Assembly: GCF_964204645.1 (NCBI RefSeq)
Contig: NW_027437438.1
Span: 1-64,000 of the forward strand
DNA: 64,000 nt
Direction of reading: 5' to 3'
From: Tubulanus polymorphus
Taxonomy: Eukaryota > Animalia > Nemertea
Part shown: one piece after another, positions 12,969-24,994 of the stretch
How the letters are laid out: every line of letters starts with the position of its first letter
Numbering within the stretch: the stretch's first letter is position 1
Translations under genes and position numbers: made by a program
The notes under the pieces: model-generated
What the model was told of the DNA's origin: nothing
Databases searched by the model: none
What the model saw: the letters and a program-made list of their open reading frames with translations, nothing else

Positions 12969-13026
12969 TAATTACTTAAAACCCCCTTTTTTATTTACTA
13001 TTATTTTATACAATTTTCAACCTTTA

Positions 13027-13868
13027 TTACTTTTTGAGTGTTAGATAATTACTTTCTGAATCACTTTCATCATCACTCTCCAATTCATCATCAGACCCTA
13101 ACAATTTATTCAAATGCTATACCGTATCTTCATAAATAATTGGTTTATTGATATACTTATTAGTCATCTCAACTATATCTTTATTTTCTGATTTAAGTTT
13201 CATAGAATCTTTATTATCAATGCGCTTTCCTGTATTTTCATTATTATCTATATAAGTGTTTGCTCCTAATATTTCATTTACAGTGTTTGATTCTAATATT
13301 TTATTAGCATCGGTTAAATCTAATTCATCTTTATTAGGTGTTGCTAATAATAAATCTTTATATAATTCTTTACCATTTACTTTTTGATTTGAAACAAACT
13401 TTGTAACATATCTAAATGGGTGTTCTATAAATTCTTTTAAACCAACACGTTCTATAACATTATTTATATGTACCCTTGTATTCATATGTTTATTCCAATT
13501 TGATGTAGCGTTTGAAAATTCGCCTTTACAATAATCACAATAATTTATATTTTCACTAACATTTAATATTATTGCATTATTAGATGTAGAAGGTATTACA
13601 TTATTAGATGTAGAAGGTATTACATTATTAGATGTAGAGGGTATTACATTATTAGATGTAGAAGGTATTACATTATTAGATGTAGAAGGTATTACATTAC
13701 TTAAATTATCAACAACACCACTTTTATTATTATCGATTTCTATTAGTTTAGTTTTATAAATTTTGAAAATAGGATCAAATATCAAAGCTATATTACAAGG
13801 TATTACATAATATAAACCATCAATGTATCGATGTATGGAATATGTTTATATACTTTACCACCTTCCAT
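13027..13868 (-). pseudogene. Zinc-finger protein with NNVIPSTS x5 repeat and acidic tail, copy 1
   Basis: TAAATG-MEGG start at 13868, frameshift near 13825, 24-bp repeats 13575-13699, CDYC..H..T..H finger, premature TAG at 13117, then DDELESDDES to a stop at 13027. Confidence 0.7.
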
Positions 13869-13900
13869 TTATTATATATATTTTTATTAAAGTTAAAATT

Positions 13901-15138
13901 TTAATACATAACACTATTTAATTGAGAATTTACAATATTTAATTGCGCGTCAGATATAATATAAATGTGCATTTTAAAATTTTCGATTCCTTTATTCTTT
14001 GTCATGAATAATTGTATTCCATCTTTGTGTTGTGTAATTTTTTTCCAGAACCATGTAATGAATTATCCTCTGTTGTTCTAAAATCTAACCATAATGCATA
14101 TTTATTACCGGTATAATAATCAATTTGATTAATGTTACAATTTTCAGATGATTTTACTTTTTCATTCAAAAAATGTTTTCTAATTTCTGGCGATTGATCA
14201 ATCATTCTCATTCCTTGACAAAATATTTTATTTGCTATTCCTTCGATAGTTATTTCTACTTTTGTTATTTCAGGATTATAATAATTATCAACATTTATTG
14301 CACCATTAGTATATTTTGCAATGGTAAAAAATATTAATATACCTTTAATAGATCTTCTTGGGAAGTTCTCATTAATAATTTCATCATTTGCATTAATAGT
14401 TACAGTTTTAAATTCATCAATATAATCATATAATAATGAAAATCCTTGATTGTATAGAATTTGAATTATACTTGAAATATTTTCATCAGTTACTGTATCA
14501 TATTCTAAACATATATTCGATAATTTATAACTCATATCTTTATTAACGCTAGATATTACGATTTCATTAACAGGAGCAAATGTTATTTCGAATATAACGT
14601 CTTCTTGAATTGCATATTTATATAAAGGCGCATTGTTATTTATCAATTCAAAGTCTAATGGAATTTTATATTTGCTTCCATAAATCTTTTTAATCAAATT
14701 ATCTGTGGCACGAGTTACTATTGCGTCATTAGCTCCTGATCTTAATTTATTTTGGATTTCTGATTGGATTCCTTGAAATATCATATTATTTCTATTTTCT
14801 TTAGTTAACCATAAATCTTTATAATGCATAAATAAATTATAATCATCTAATGAGAAAACTGTTTCTGGACCAATCTTTATTGTTAACTTTTTAATCAAAT
14901 ATCTTCCAACATTATCAACAACATAATTATTATTATTACCGGTTACTTTTATATCGGCTGATAAATAAATACTATTTGGAACATAAAAAGTATTTTGTGT
15001 TAATCGAGGAATTCTAACATATAAAGTTTCATCAGGATTAATATTAGAAGGGTTATGAGTAATTATATGATGTGATCTTTCTGCTTTAGCATTAGATATT
15101 CTATGATTCTTAGAAGGATTGATATAACTCCCACTCAT
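13901..15138 (-). pseudogene. Major capsid protein (putative double jelly-roll), copy 1, frameshifted near the C-terminus
   Basis: ~410 aa when repaired. ITHNPSNI...LYVRIPRL, VDNVGRYLIKKLTIKI and YALWLDFRT are typical of invertebrate Polinton-like MCPs. 1-bp deletion at ~14026; the homolog at 38387-38698 shows the intact end KDGIQL...NSVMY. Confidence 0.8.
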
Positions 15139-15158
15139 TTATTTAACAAAAAAATTAA

Positions 15159-15650
15159 TTATTTATTTTTGATCATGTTTACTAAACCAAAAATAATAGC
15201 ACTTACAACTGTAATTAAAAATAAAATAATATGTTCAGCAGCAAAGTTAATAATGTTTCCTGCAGATTTCAATATAAAACCAACAATTGATGCAATAACT
15301 CCTGGCAATGCTGCAGCAGATTTCTTTGATAGTTCCCATAAATATTTTGCTAATTTCTTTAAACCATCCTTAACTTTATCTTGTGTAGAATTAATATCAT
15401 TCGGGGGTTTATCTGGTTTATTTGGAGTAGGTGTAGATTTCAAAGCATTTGATATTGCTAAACCAATTGTTGTAAATACCATAGTTACAGATGTTAGAAT
15501 GGAAAGAATTGTTATACCTTCTAACTTAAATAATAATCTTATTCTGTCTTTTAATGATATTTTAGAATTTGGTTTTATCAACAAATCTTTAAAAATAACT
15601 TTTAATTTTTTAATATGATTAAGATCATATGATTTTAATAATGTATCTCT
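15159..15650 (-). pseudogene. 3' fragment of the 529-aa membrane protein created by the duplication
   Basis: Matches 19836-20327; truncated at the duplication junction. Confidence 0.9.
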
Positions 15651-16846
15651 ATCTATGATACTAGATAGTTAAAGTTAAAGAATTCTAGTATTGACTACTG
15701 ATACTAGCTATTTCAATTTAAAGAATTTCTATTTGAATCTATTCAAAATATAAAGTATTCTCTTTTGAAAAGAAAGTATTAAAAATATAATAGAATTCAC
15801 TAGCTAGTTGAAGTTATAGTTTTTTAAATACTTTTTATTTAAATTAGGATTTAATATCTCACTACTATTGTCTATCTATTAGGAGCAGTAATTATAACTG
15901 TCCAGATAAGTCATTTCCGATCCTTGATAATAAATCCTAAAACTGAAAATAAATTCAAAGAAACCACTGATGGAAATACTATTTCATAACCACACATATA
16001 TTTTATTCTACAATCATTATCGATTTCCACATTCCAAGCCGCTCGGCAGCCGAGCGGTAAGGTATGCGTGGAATGCAGGAATCAATAAAGTATAATACAA
16101 CATCTGTCACTGTGTGTGACATTAACAACAGCTGAATGACGCAATTGAAATTCCGGCAAACGTAATGCATTGAAAGCCTATACAGTAAGGCTAAACTGCT
16201 ACAGTCTCATGAGTTGAAATATCCATTATTTCTGATTCCACATCCATCTATCTTCACTTTCTTGATCCAATGGCCTTCACTTTGTTATCTAAAAGATAAA
16301 TATCTAGCGTAGAATAAAACTAACTTGAAGTTGTAGTTGTAAAATATTAATTACAGCACTTAAACATGACCATTTTGTGGCGCATCTTACCAGGATAAGT
16401 TTTACATGTTTAGCGTTTCCCAACGCCTTAATAACAACAAAAACAGTACTTACATTTATAACTGTAAACTCCTAAAATTGTGTTTATAGAGAGAATATCC
16501 TATACGTTCCTATGCTTATGTGCTGCGCGTTTATAACTGCCAGTTATTCACTAGCTAAACACTGTCTGGTGCAACAGATGTTCCTTTGTAATGTTATCGA
16601 TTAATCCTTTTTAACTGAAATAGAACATTCGATCAATATTCAAATGAGATACACCCCATTCAACTGAATATGAAATGCGGCACAGATGTTTTTGTAAACA
16701 ACCTAATACAATTACATACAGGCGGTTTGACATAGATCGAGAGTAACCGGTTTTCTAAGCGTTTAACATTCAACGTATTTTTCATTATGTGTTAAATTCC
16801 ATAATTCAACAAATGTCTTTGCTTTATCCAGTTGATCTAAATATAA

Positions 16847-17416
16847 CTATGAATCTAGTTTGTTAGATTTAATTATGTTTTCCTTCTTTTCTAAAGGTCT
16901 TAAATTCTTCCAACTCCAAATAAGTTTTTTATTGTATTCATCATTCATGTTAAATCTAGATATTGGTAACACGTGATCAATATGAAAGTATTCACCATAA
17001 TTATCTATATTCATTTTATCATCGAATTGAAATATAATCCATGATTTGAGAAATTCATCTGAACAACCCAATAAATTAGATAATGTTTCTGAATGTGTTT
17101 CTTTGTTGAATAATTGTGTTAATCTAGATCTTAAGCATTGTTTTAATCTAAAATTAATATCTGTTTGATATCTTACTCTCATATCTTCTGTCATATAATC
17201 ATTGTAAGCTTCTCTATTATCTTCTCGATATTGTTTGGTATATAGTTTAGTACAAGTTTTACAGCAATATTGAAAACCATCTTTGCTAATCTTACGCTTA
17301 CTAAATTCTGTTAAAGCTAATTTATCTAATTCACACTTAGAACACTTCTTGTAGTATATATTTATGACGCCAGTGTTATTTCTAATATTTATAGTATGTG
17401 GTTGTTCTGATTCCAT
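16847..17416 (-). CDS. HNH endonuclease, copy 2
   Basis: Protein identical to 12170-12739. Confidence 0.8.
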   Translation of the reverse strand: MESEQPHTINIRNNTGVINIYYKKCSKCELDKLALTEFSKRKISKDGFQYCCKTCTKLYTKQYREDNREAYNDYMTEDMRVRYQTDINFRLKQCLRSRLTQLFNKETHSETLSNLLGCSDEFLKSWIIFQFDDKMNIDNYGEYFHIDHVLPISRFNMNDEYNKKLIWSWKNLRPLEKKENIIKSNKLDS

Positions 17417-17703
17417 TTATTATACATATTTTTTTACTAAATTTATTTTAGAAGTTATTCATTTATATGTTATTCATGAATATGTATGAATTATTTCAAT
17501 AAAACTTTACTAACACCTTTAATGTTTAAAAATCTAACTCATACAAATATAAATATTGAAATATGTTTAAAATATACCTATGTATTAGATACCCTATTAG
17601 ATACCCTATTAGATACCCTAATACCTGATACCCTATTAGATACCTTAATTACTTAAAACCCCCTTTTTTATTTACTATTATTTTATACAATTTTCAACCT
17701 TTA

Positions 17704-18545
17704 TTACTTTTTGAGTGTTAGATAATTACTTTCTGAATCACTTTCATCATCACTCTCCAATTCATCATCAGACCCTAACAATTTATTCAAATGCTATACC
17801 GTATCTTCATAAATAATTGGTTTATTGATATACTTATTAGTCATCTCAACTATATCTTTATTTTCTGATTTAAGTTTCATAGAATCTTTATTATCAATGC
17901 GCTTTCCTGTATTTTCATTATTATCTATATAAGTGTTTGCTCCTAATATTTCATTTACAGTGTTTGATTCTAATATTTTATTAGCATCGGTTAAATCTAA
18001 TTCATCTTTATTAGGTGTTGCTAATAATAAATCTTTATATAATTCTTTACCATTTACTTTTTGATTTGAAACAAACTTTGTAACATATCTAAATGGGTGT
18101 TCTATAAATTCTTTTAAACCAACACGTTCTATAACATTATTTATATGTACCCTTGTATTCATATGTTTATTCCAATTTGATGTAGCGTTTGAAAATTCGC
18201 CTTTACAATAATCACAATAATTCATATTTTCACTAACATTTAATATTATTGCATTATTAGATGTAGAAGGTATTACATTATTAGATGTAGAAGGTATTAC
18301 ATTATTAGATGAAGAGGGTATTACATTATTAGATGTAGAAGGTATTACATTATTAGATGTAGAAGGTATTACATTACTTAAATTATCAACAACACCACTT
18401 TTATTATTATCGATTTCTATTAGTTTAGTTTTATAAATTTTGAAAATAGGATCAAATATCAAAGCTATATTACAAGGTATTACATAATATAAACCATCAA
18501 TGTATCGATGTATGGAATATGTTTATATACTTTACCACCTTCCAT
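17704..18545 (-). pseudogene. Zinc-finger/repeat protein, copy 2
   Basis: Duplicate at +4677 with the same lesions. Confidence 0.7.
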
Positions 18546-18577
18546 TTATTATATATATTTTTATTAAAGTTAAAATT

Positions 18578-19815
18578 TTAATACATAACACTATTTAATT
18601 GAGAATTTACAATATTTAATTGCGCGTCAGATATAATATAAATGTGCATTTTAAAATTTTCGATTCCTTTATTCTTTGTCATGAATAATTGTATTCCATC
18701 TTTGTGTTGTGTAATTTTTTTCCAGAACCATGTAATGAATTATCCTCTGTTGTTCTAAAATCTAACCATAATGCATATTTATTACCGGTATAATAATCAA
18801 TTTGATTAATGTTACAATTTTCAGATGATTTTACTTTTTCATTCAAAAAATGTTTTCTAATTTCTGGCGATTGATCAATCATTCTCATTCCTTGACAAAA
18901 TATTTTATTTGCTATTCCTTCGATAGTTATTTCTACTTTTGTTATTTCAGGATTATAATAATTATCAACATTTATTGCACCATTAGTATATTTTGCAATG
19001 GTAAAAAATATTAATATACCTTTAATAGATCTTCTTGGGAAGTTCTCATTAATAATTTCATCATTTGCATTAATAGTTACAGTTTTAAATTCATCAATAT
19101 AATCATATAATAATGAAAATCCTTGATTGTATTGAGTTTGAATTATACTTGAAATATTTTCATCAGTTACTGTATCATATTCTAAACATATATTCGATAA
19201 TTTATAACTCATATCTTTATTAACGCTAGATATTACGATTTCATTAACAGGAGCAAATGTTATTTCGAATATAACGTCTTCTTGAATTGCATATTTATAT
19301 AAAGGCGCATTGTTATTTATCAATTCAAAGTCTAATGGAATTTTATATTTGCTTCCATAAATCTTTTTAATCAAATTATCTGTGGCACGAGTTACTATTG
19401 CGTCATTAGCTCCTGATCTTAATTTATTTTGGATTTCTGATTGGATTCCTTGAAATATCATATTATTTCTATTTTCTTTAGTTAACCATAAATCTTTATA
19501 ATGCATAAATAAATTATAATCATCTAATGAGAAAACTGTTTCTGGACCAATCTTTATTGTTAACTTTTTAATCAAATATCTTCCAACATTATCAACAACA
19601 TAATTATTATTATTACCGGTTACTTTTATATCGGCTGATAAATAAATACTATTTGGAACATAAAAAGTATTTTGTGTTAATCGAGGAATTCTAACATATA
19701 AAGTTTCATCAGGATTAATATTAGAAGGGTTATGAGTAATTATATGATGTGATCTTTCTGCTTTAGCATTAGATATTCTATGATTCTTAGAAGGATTGAT
19801 ATAACTCCCACTCAT
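18578..19815 (-). pseudogene. Major capsid protein, copy 2, same frameshift
   Basis: Duplicate at +4677. Confidence 0.8.
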
Positions 19816-19835
19816 TTATTTAACAAAAAAATTAA

Positions 19836-21425
19836 TTATTTATTTTTGATCATGTTTACTAAACCAAAAATAATAGCACTTACAACTGTAATTAAAAATA
19901 AAATAATATGTTCAGCAGCAAAGTTAATAATGTTTCCTGCAGATTTCAATATAAAACCAACAATTAATGCAATAACTCCTGGCAATGCTGCAGCAGATTT
20001 CTTTGATAGTTCCCATAAATATTTTGCTAATTTCTTTAAACCATCCTTAACTTTATCTTGTGTAGAATTAATATCATTCGGGGGTTTATCTGGTTTATTT
20101 GGAGTAGGTGTAGATTTCAAAGCATTTGATATTGCTAAACCAATTGTTGTAAATACCATAGTTACAGATGTTAGAATGGAAAGAATTGTTATACCTTCTA
20201 ACTTAAATAATAATCTTATTCTGTCTTTTAATGATATTTTAGAATTTGGTTTTATCAACAAATCTTTAAAAATAACTTTTAATTTTTTAATATGATTAAG
20301 ATCATATGATTTTAATAATGTATCTCTTTCTTCTTTTTGTAATTTTATGTTATATTTTAAATCATCTGTTTCTTTTTCTAAAGCTAACTTTCTGCTTTCA
20401 TAATTAGCTTCCTCGATTGATTGAAGATTTTTATCTAATTTTAATTGTTCTAATTTTTCATTTGCGATAGCAAATTCTTTTTCTAACATGGTTATTTTAG
20501 AAAATCTCATATTAATATTAGCATTTTCATCAGCTGATTCTTGAATACCTTTAATTTCTCTTCGTGTTTGTTCAGGAAATGCTTCCAATTCATCATCAGT
20601 TAATTTAAGAAATCCTTTTTCTAGTAAAGATTGTATTCGATTTATTCCAGTTTCAGTGCCGGGTGTATCTAAAATACTATTCATCTCTTCGTCAAATGAA
20701 TGAACTGCATCAAACATTTTATCATAATGTTTCACTAATTCTAATTGATTTGAATCATTATCAATTTGTTGAATATCTCTTCTCGATGTTTCTGGTGTTG
20801 AAGATCTTAATTTATTTAATCGATCTCTATACTCTTCCATTTCTGTTTCTGAATTTGTATTTATCATTTTTAATAAGTTATCAATTCTTTCACTGAATAC
20901 TCCTATATTATCCTTTCTTTCTTCTTTTGTAATATCAGTTATTTCATTACTAATACTTATTCTCTTAATTCTTTCTGTTTCTAAATTTTTCAAAGTTGAT
21001 TCCGCTATTATTTTAGGTAGTTTTGTTCTATGATCAGTGATATCAATATAATAATCACCATCCAAATTATAATAACATTTACCTTTAAAAAGTTTTAAAT
21101 CTTCTATTAAAAGTTCAGCACCTCTATTACTTATATTATACCCAGATCTTTCAAATGCAGGTTTGAATTTATAAATATATTCATTATAATCTAATCTTTT
21201 TTTTACTAAACCTGGGTCAAAATTTTCAGTAGGTATTCTCGATATAGTTCTTCTATCATGTTCTTCTGTTGATGTGGCTTTAGAACCACTATCTGCTAAA
21301 TTAGAATTATATTCTATTTTATTATCATTACTAAAACTTGTTTCATCAAAATCAGGTGGTTGTTCATCACTTATACCGGGTTCATCTAAAGGATCCAATG
21401 GAATATCTTCTCCACCTTCTGCCAT
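19836..21425 (-). CDS. 529-aa protein: acidic N-terminus, coiled coil, multi-hydrophobic C-terminus (putative virion membrane/entry protein)
   Basis: Open ORF with TAAATG start; hydrophobic segments GITILSILTSVTMVFTTIGLAI, AAALPGVIALIVGFIL and IILFLITVVSAIIFGLV. Homolog in element 2. Confidence 0.75.
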   Translation of the reverse strand: MAEGGEDIPLDPLDEPGISDEQPPDFDETSFSNDNKIEYNSNLADSGSKATSTEEHDRRTISRIPTENFDPGLVKKRLDYNEYIYKFKPAFERSGYNISNRGAELLIEDLKLFKGKCYYNLDGDYYIDITDHRTKLPKIIAESTLKNLETERIKRISISNEITDITKEERKDNIGVFSERIDNLLKMINTNSETEMEEYRDRLNKLRSSTPETSRRDIQQIDNDSNQLELVKHYDKMFDAVHSFDEEMNSILDTPGTETGINRIQSLLEKGFLKLTDDELEAFPEQTRREIKGIQESADENANINMRFSKITMLEKEFAIANEKLEQLKLDKNLQSIEEANYESRKLALEKETDDLKYNIKLQKEERDTLLKSYDLNHIKKLKVIFKDLLIKPNSKISLKDRIRLLFKLEGITILSILTSVTMVFTTIGLAISNALKSTPTPNKPDKPPNDINSTQDKVKDGLKKLAKYLWELSKKSAAALPGVIALIVGFILKSAGNIINFAAEHIILFLITVVSAIIFGLVNMIKNK

Positions 21426-21440
21426 TTACATAATAAAAAA

Positions 21441-22753
21441 TTAAAATTTAAAATATAATATTCCTCCGATTACAATTCCTATACAAGTTAAAGCTAATTT
21501 AGTATTTTCATGGGATTTATTATCATCATTAGTTTTGATTATATCATGTTGAATATTATCAGTTTTTATATTTTCTGATGTATTGTAATCTTTTATTTTA
21601 GAATCATTATTTAATTTAATATTATTAGTTTTAGTTTCAGTTGATTGAATATGTTTTTTATTTTTTTCACCTTCCATTAATTTTGGAGCAGTAATTATCT
21701 TTTTATTTATATCATTCAATCCAAATGAATTATTTATTGTTGCAGTTTTAATTAGATTATTGTAACCAATTATATTTCCCATCTTTAATACTAAATCATT
21801 AGAAATAATGAATAGATTAGGGCCTATACAATAATTTAATCTAATATGTGATTTATCTAAATAATTTTGATATCTTACCATGTTTTCTGGAATCGATCTA
21901 TTTTTATCATTATGAATTGAATCTTCGAATAATACTTTGAATTGTTTCTGCGCATCGAATGAAGTGTTATCATTTCCAATTATTGGGGATCTTGTTTCAA
22001 CTTGCGCACCTAAAATACAAATTAAATAAGTTCTAATAGATTGATTTATTCTTTGTATACCAGCTTTAGTAAAACCTTCACCATTTTCTAAAATGAAATT
22101 AACCCAACCATTATTGTTTTGTTGTTGTATATTATTATAATATTTTGGTAATTCATTCCAATTTAGAGTTCTTATATCTGAATTTGTCATTATTTTTCCA
22201 AATTCTTTAGTATATAATATTCCTAATCCACCCATTGTTCCAATTTTTGCTCTAAAATCTTTATTTGAATTAATATTAAATTCATTACATATTTTATAAA
22301 ACCTAGAAAAATTAATATTATTATTCAATTCTTTAAAATATTTTGAACCTGGTAGAGGACATTCTAATTCATCTAATATTAATTTTATTTGAAAATATGT
22401 ATGAAATCTAAAAAGTGATAACATCAATAGTAAACTTGGTTTGTTTAAATGATCATTCCAACTAATTCCACATCCTATTGTTGCGCAATAAACAGCAAAA
22501 TTTAATTGGTTCTGCCAATACTTCATATTAGATTTTAATAACCATTGTTTTGCCTCATTTAAATCTATTTTCCATCTTTACATGAAAATTATTACTTTCA
22601 GTAACATAAAAGTAAGTAATAAGTAATATATAAATCAATTAATGAATTTAACACTTCATTTCTATATGTAATATCTTTATTAAAATCTATTGCTGGAATA
22701 TTATATTTAATTGATTTATTATATTGGAAAGCTTTTGGAAAACTATCTGCCAT
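21441..22753 (-). pseudogene. Conserved Polinton hypothetical protein (WQNQLNFAVYCATxGCG motif) with C-terminal TM anchor; N-terminus disrupted
   Basis: 361-aa ORF 21441-22526 plus upstream TAAATG-MADSFP start at 22753, which matches MEDSFP at 34620. Confidence 0.7.
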
Positions 22754-22769
22754 TTATATAATTAAAAAA

Positions 22770-23158
22770 TTAATAATTTATTAATTCTTTTAATAATTTA
22801 TCTTGTTCTTCAACTGTTATATGGCCATTTAAACTTATTATATAATCTAGTGTATTCTTTAATTTATTAATTTCTTTTATATTAGTTTTAATTCTTTCTT
22901 TATTACTTTTTATATTCAATTTTGAACTTATACCAGTTAAAACACTTGAACTTAATCCTAACACACCAATTGATATAGCTAAAGGTGTTAATGGGCTGAA
23001 TATTGCTAGAAATGTTATTACAGAACTAATTGTAACCGAACCACTTATAATCAAATAATATATAATTTTACTTTTTAAATATTTTTTCTTTTTTATCTTT
23101 AAGTCACTTTCAAATTCTAATATTTGTTTGATATTCTGTTATCAACTTTATCATCCAT
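22770..23158 (-). pseudogene. Two-TM coiled-coil small protein with internal deletion
   Basis: Homolog of the intact 144-aa ORF 34170-34604. Confidence 0.7.
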
Positions 23159-23178
23159 TTATTTAGCCAAAAAAATTA

Positions 23179-23599
23179 CTAATTAGTAAACTTATAAGCA
23201 ACAAATATAACTGTTCCACCTAAAATCCAAATTATTTCATATTTCTTCTGTTCATTACTTGGGGTATAATAATCTGATAATTTAGGTTTGAATAGATGTA
23301 ATTTTTCTTTATTGGTTACTGCGTTATATAAACTCATTGCATCATCAACTGATTGAAAATCTCTATGTGAAATCTGCTGATCATATAATTCTTTATTGAT
23401 GTAATCCATATAGTTTTGTCTCTTTTCTCTATATTCTTCTGCAGCTTTATTATATTTTTCTAATGCTAAGTTATGTCTTTTTTGTTCTGATAATGATCCA
23501 TTTTTATCAATATGCTTAAATAAATAAATAACCACCACCAGTAAATGCTAAAGCGTTAACAATTGCCGATCCTATAATAGTTATAACTGCAGAAGCCAT
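23179..23599 (-). pseudogene. ~140-aa protein with N- and C-terminal hydrophobic segments, frameshifted
   Basis: Homolog of intact 33728-34150 (MASA...VNALAFTGG, EQKRHN, KPKLSDYY). Confidence 0.75.
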
Positions 23600-23623
23600 T
23601 TATTTAGTAAAATAATTACGCAT

Positions 23624-23830
23624 TTATATGGGAGGAATATATTTTTGTTTCTCCAAATAATCAATAGTTAAATTAGATAAAGTAACTGCTAATGTTAATT
23701 TTAAAATATCATTTATATCAAATCTATCAACATTAACACTTCCCATTTTGAATACTTTTTTTAATACCATTGAATAACCAACGGTTCCAACTGATAGTAA
23801 GCTCCATTATATAATCCAGTTATTATCCAC
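23624..23830 (-). pseudogene. ~70-aa small hydrophobic protein
   Basis: LSVGTVGYSMVLKKVFKMG...LTIDYLEKQKYIPPI*; conserved at 33512-33703. Confidence 0.55.
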
Positions 23831-23847
23831 TTATTATCACTGATTTA

Positions 23848-24201
23848 TTAATCAAAAAAATTACTATTTTCAAAATATTTAGTTAACTTATTTATGATTA
23901 ATTCAACATTTATTTCATTACTAGTTTCATTTGTATATATTTCAATTATTATTTTTTTAATATCATCTATAATAAAATCTTCATCTAATTCATAAAATCT
24001 TAAAGATTCTCTAATTAAATTAGTAATCTTTTCTACATTAAAAGTTTCTTTATCTATTGTTTTTTCATACTCAAATGTTGTTTCATTAGAAAATGTAATA
24101 TTTTTGATATGTGTAATTACATCAGTAATGTTAAATTTCATTTCTTTCTCATGTTTAAAATCAAATCCAAAACATATGCTCGGCCCAACAGTTATATTCA
24201 T
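23848..24201 (-). CDS. Hypothetical 117-aa protein
   Basis: Open ORF with TAAATG start and tight spacing in the gene row. Confidence 0.6.
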   Translation of the reverse strand: MNITVGPSICFGFDFKHEKEMKFNITDVITHIKNITFSNETTFEYEKTIDKETFNVEKITNLIRESLRFYELDEDFIIDDIKKIIIEIYTNETSNEINVELIINKLTKYFENSNFFD

Positions 24202-24218
24202 TTATATAGTGAAAAAAA

Positions 24219-24977
24219 TTACTCTCTACATCTTATAACTAATTCACATATCACAGGAAAGTTATTCAAATCAATTAAATAACCATTATGATTTCTTATT
24301 TCTAATTTAAAATTATTAAATTTAGGAATGCAAGGTTTAAAATCACATTCTGTTAAATTATAATTTATTTGAGTTCCAAATTGTTTAACATTTTTAGCGG
24401 TAAAATATTTAGTATACTAGAATTACAAATTGTTTCTTTAGTTGCTTCGAAAGTTTTTGTAGGCTCGATTAAATTGCAATAAATATAAAAGTGTGTAAAA
24501 GGTATTATATTTGAATTACCATCTACGTTTCCTGTAACAGTATCTGGTGCAATTCCTAACAGTTTAGCTATAGGTTTTTTTTACCATAAATGCATGTTGA
24601 CTTTCATCATATACCTTTATTTTAATTTTATTTGTGCTATCACTTTTTATAAATCTAATCAAAAATGTATCTTCTCTTCTAATTTTCAACCGTGCTCTTC
24701 TATTAATTTCTTGAGCTAATGTTTCTAAATTATATAATCCTGGTTTTAAAATTATATGAAACCATTTATTTACATTTCTAATATGAATTAAAAAAGTATT
24801 ATCTTCAATAGTTTTATCCGTTATATTATAAAAAGAATTACATAAACTTATATTTACTAATTTTAAATCTACACAATTCTTAAATTCTCTATCTAATTGA
24901 ACTAGTAAATTATGTGATTTATAATTTGTAAGTCTTCTAGAATCTACAAATATTCTGTATTCTTTTAATTCTACCAT
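24219..24977 (-). pseudogene. Minor capsid (penton-like single jelly-roll) protein, frameshifted
   Basis: NSFYNI...NTF...LKPGLYNLETL...LLGI...FYIYCNLI...LEIRNHNGYLIDLNNFPVICELVI, the motif order of Polinton minor capsid proteins. Confidence 0.7.
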
Positions 24978-24994
24978 TTATTTTACATATTTTC

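Larger units (their letters stand above)
10978..20327. repeat. Tandem duplication: 10978-15650 and 15655-20327 (offset 4677) with 4-bp filler ATCT
   Basis: All ORFs recur at +4677; only a few substitutions differ (PSTS/PSSS, ENIN/ENMN, IQILY/IQTQY, IASI/IALI). Confidence 0.97.

Noticed and set aside
15103-15618. 171-aa plus-strand ORF (also 19780-20295 and similar shadow ORFs at 20663, 30649-31836, 36157-37020, 60203-60589)
   Set aside because: Antisense shadows of better-supported genes; no motifs.
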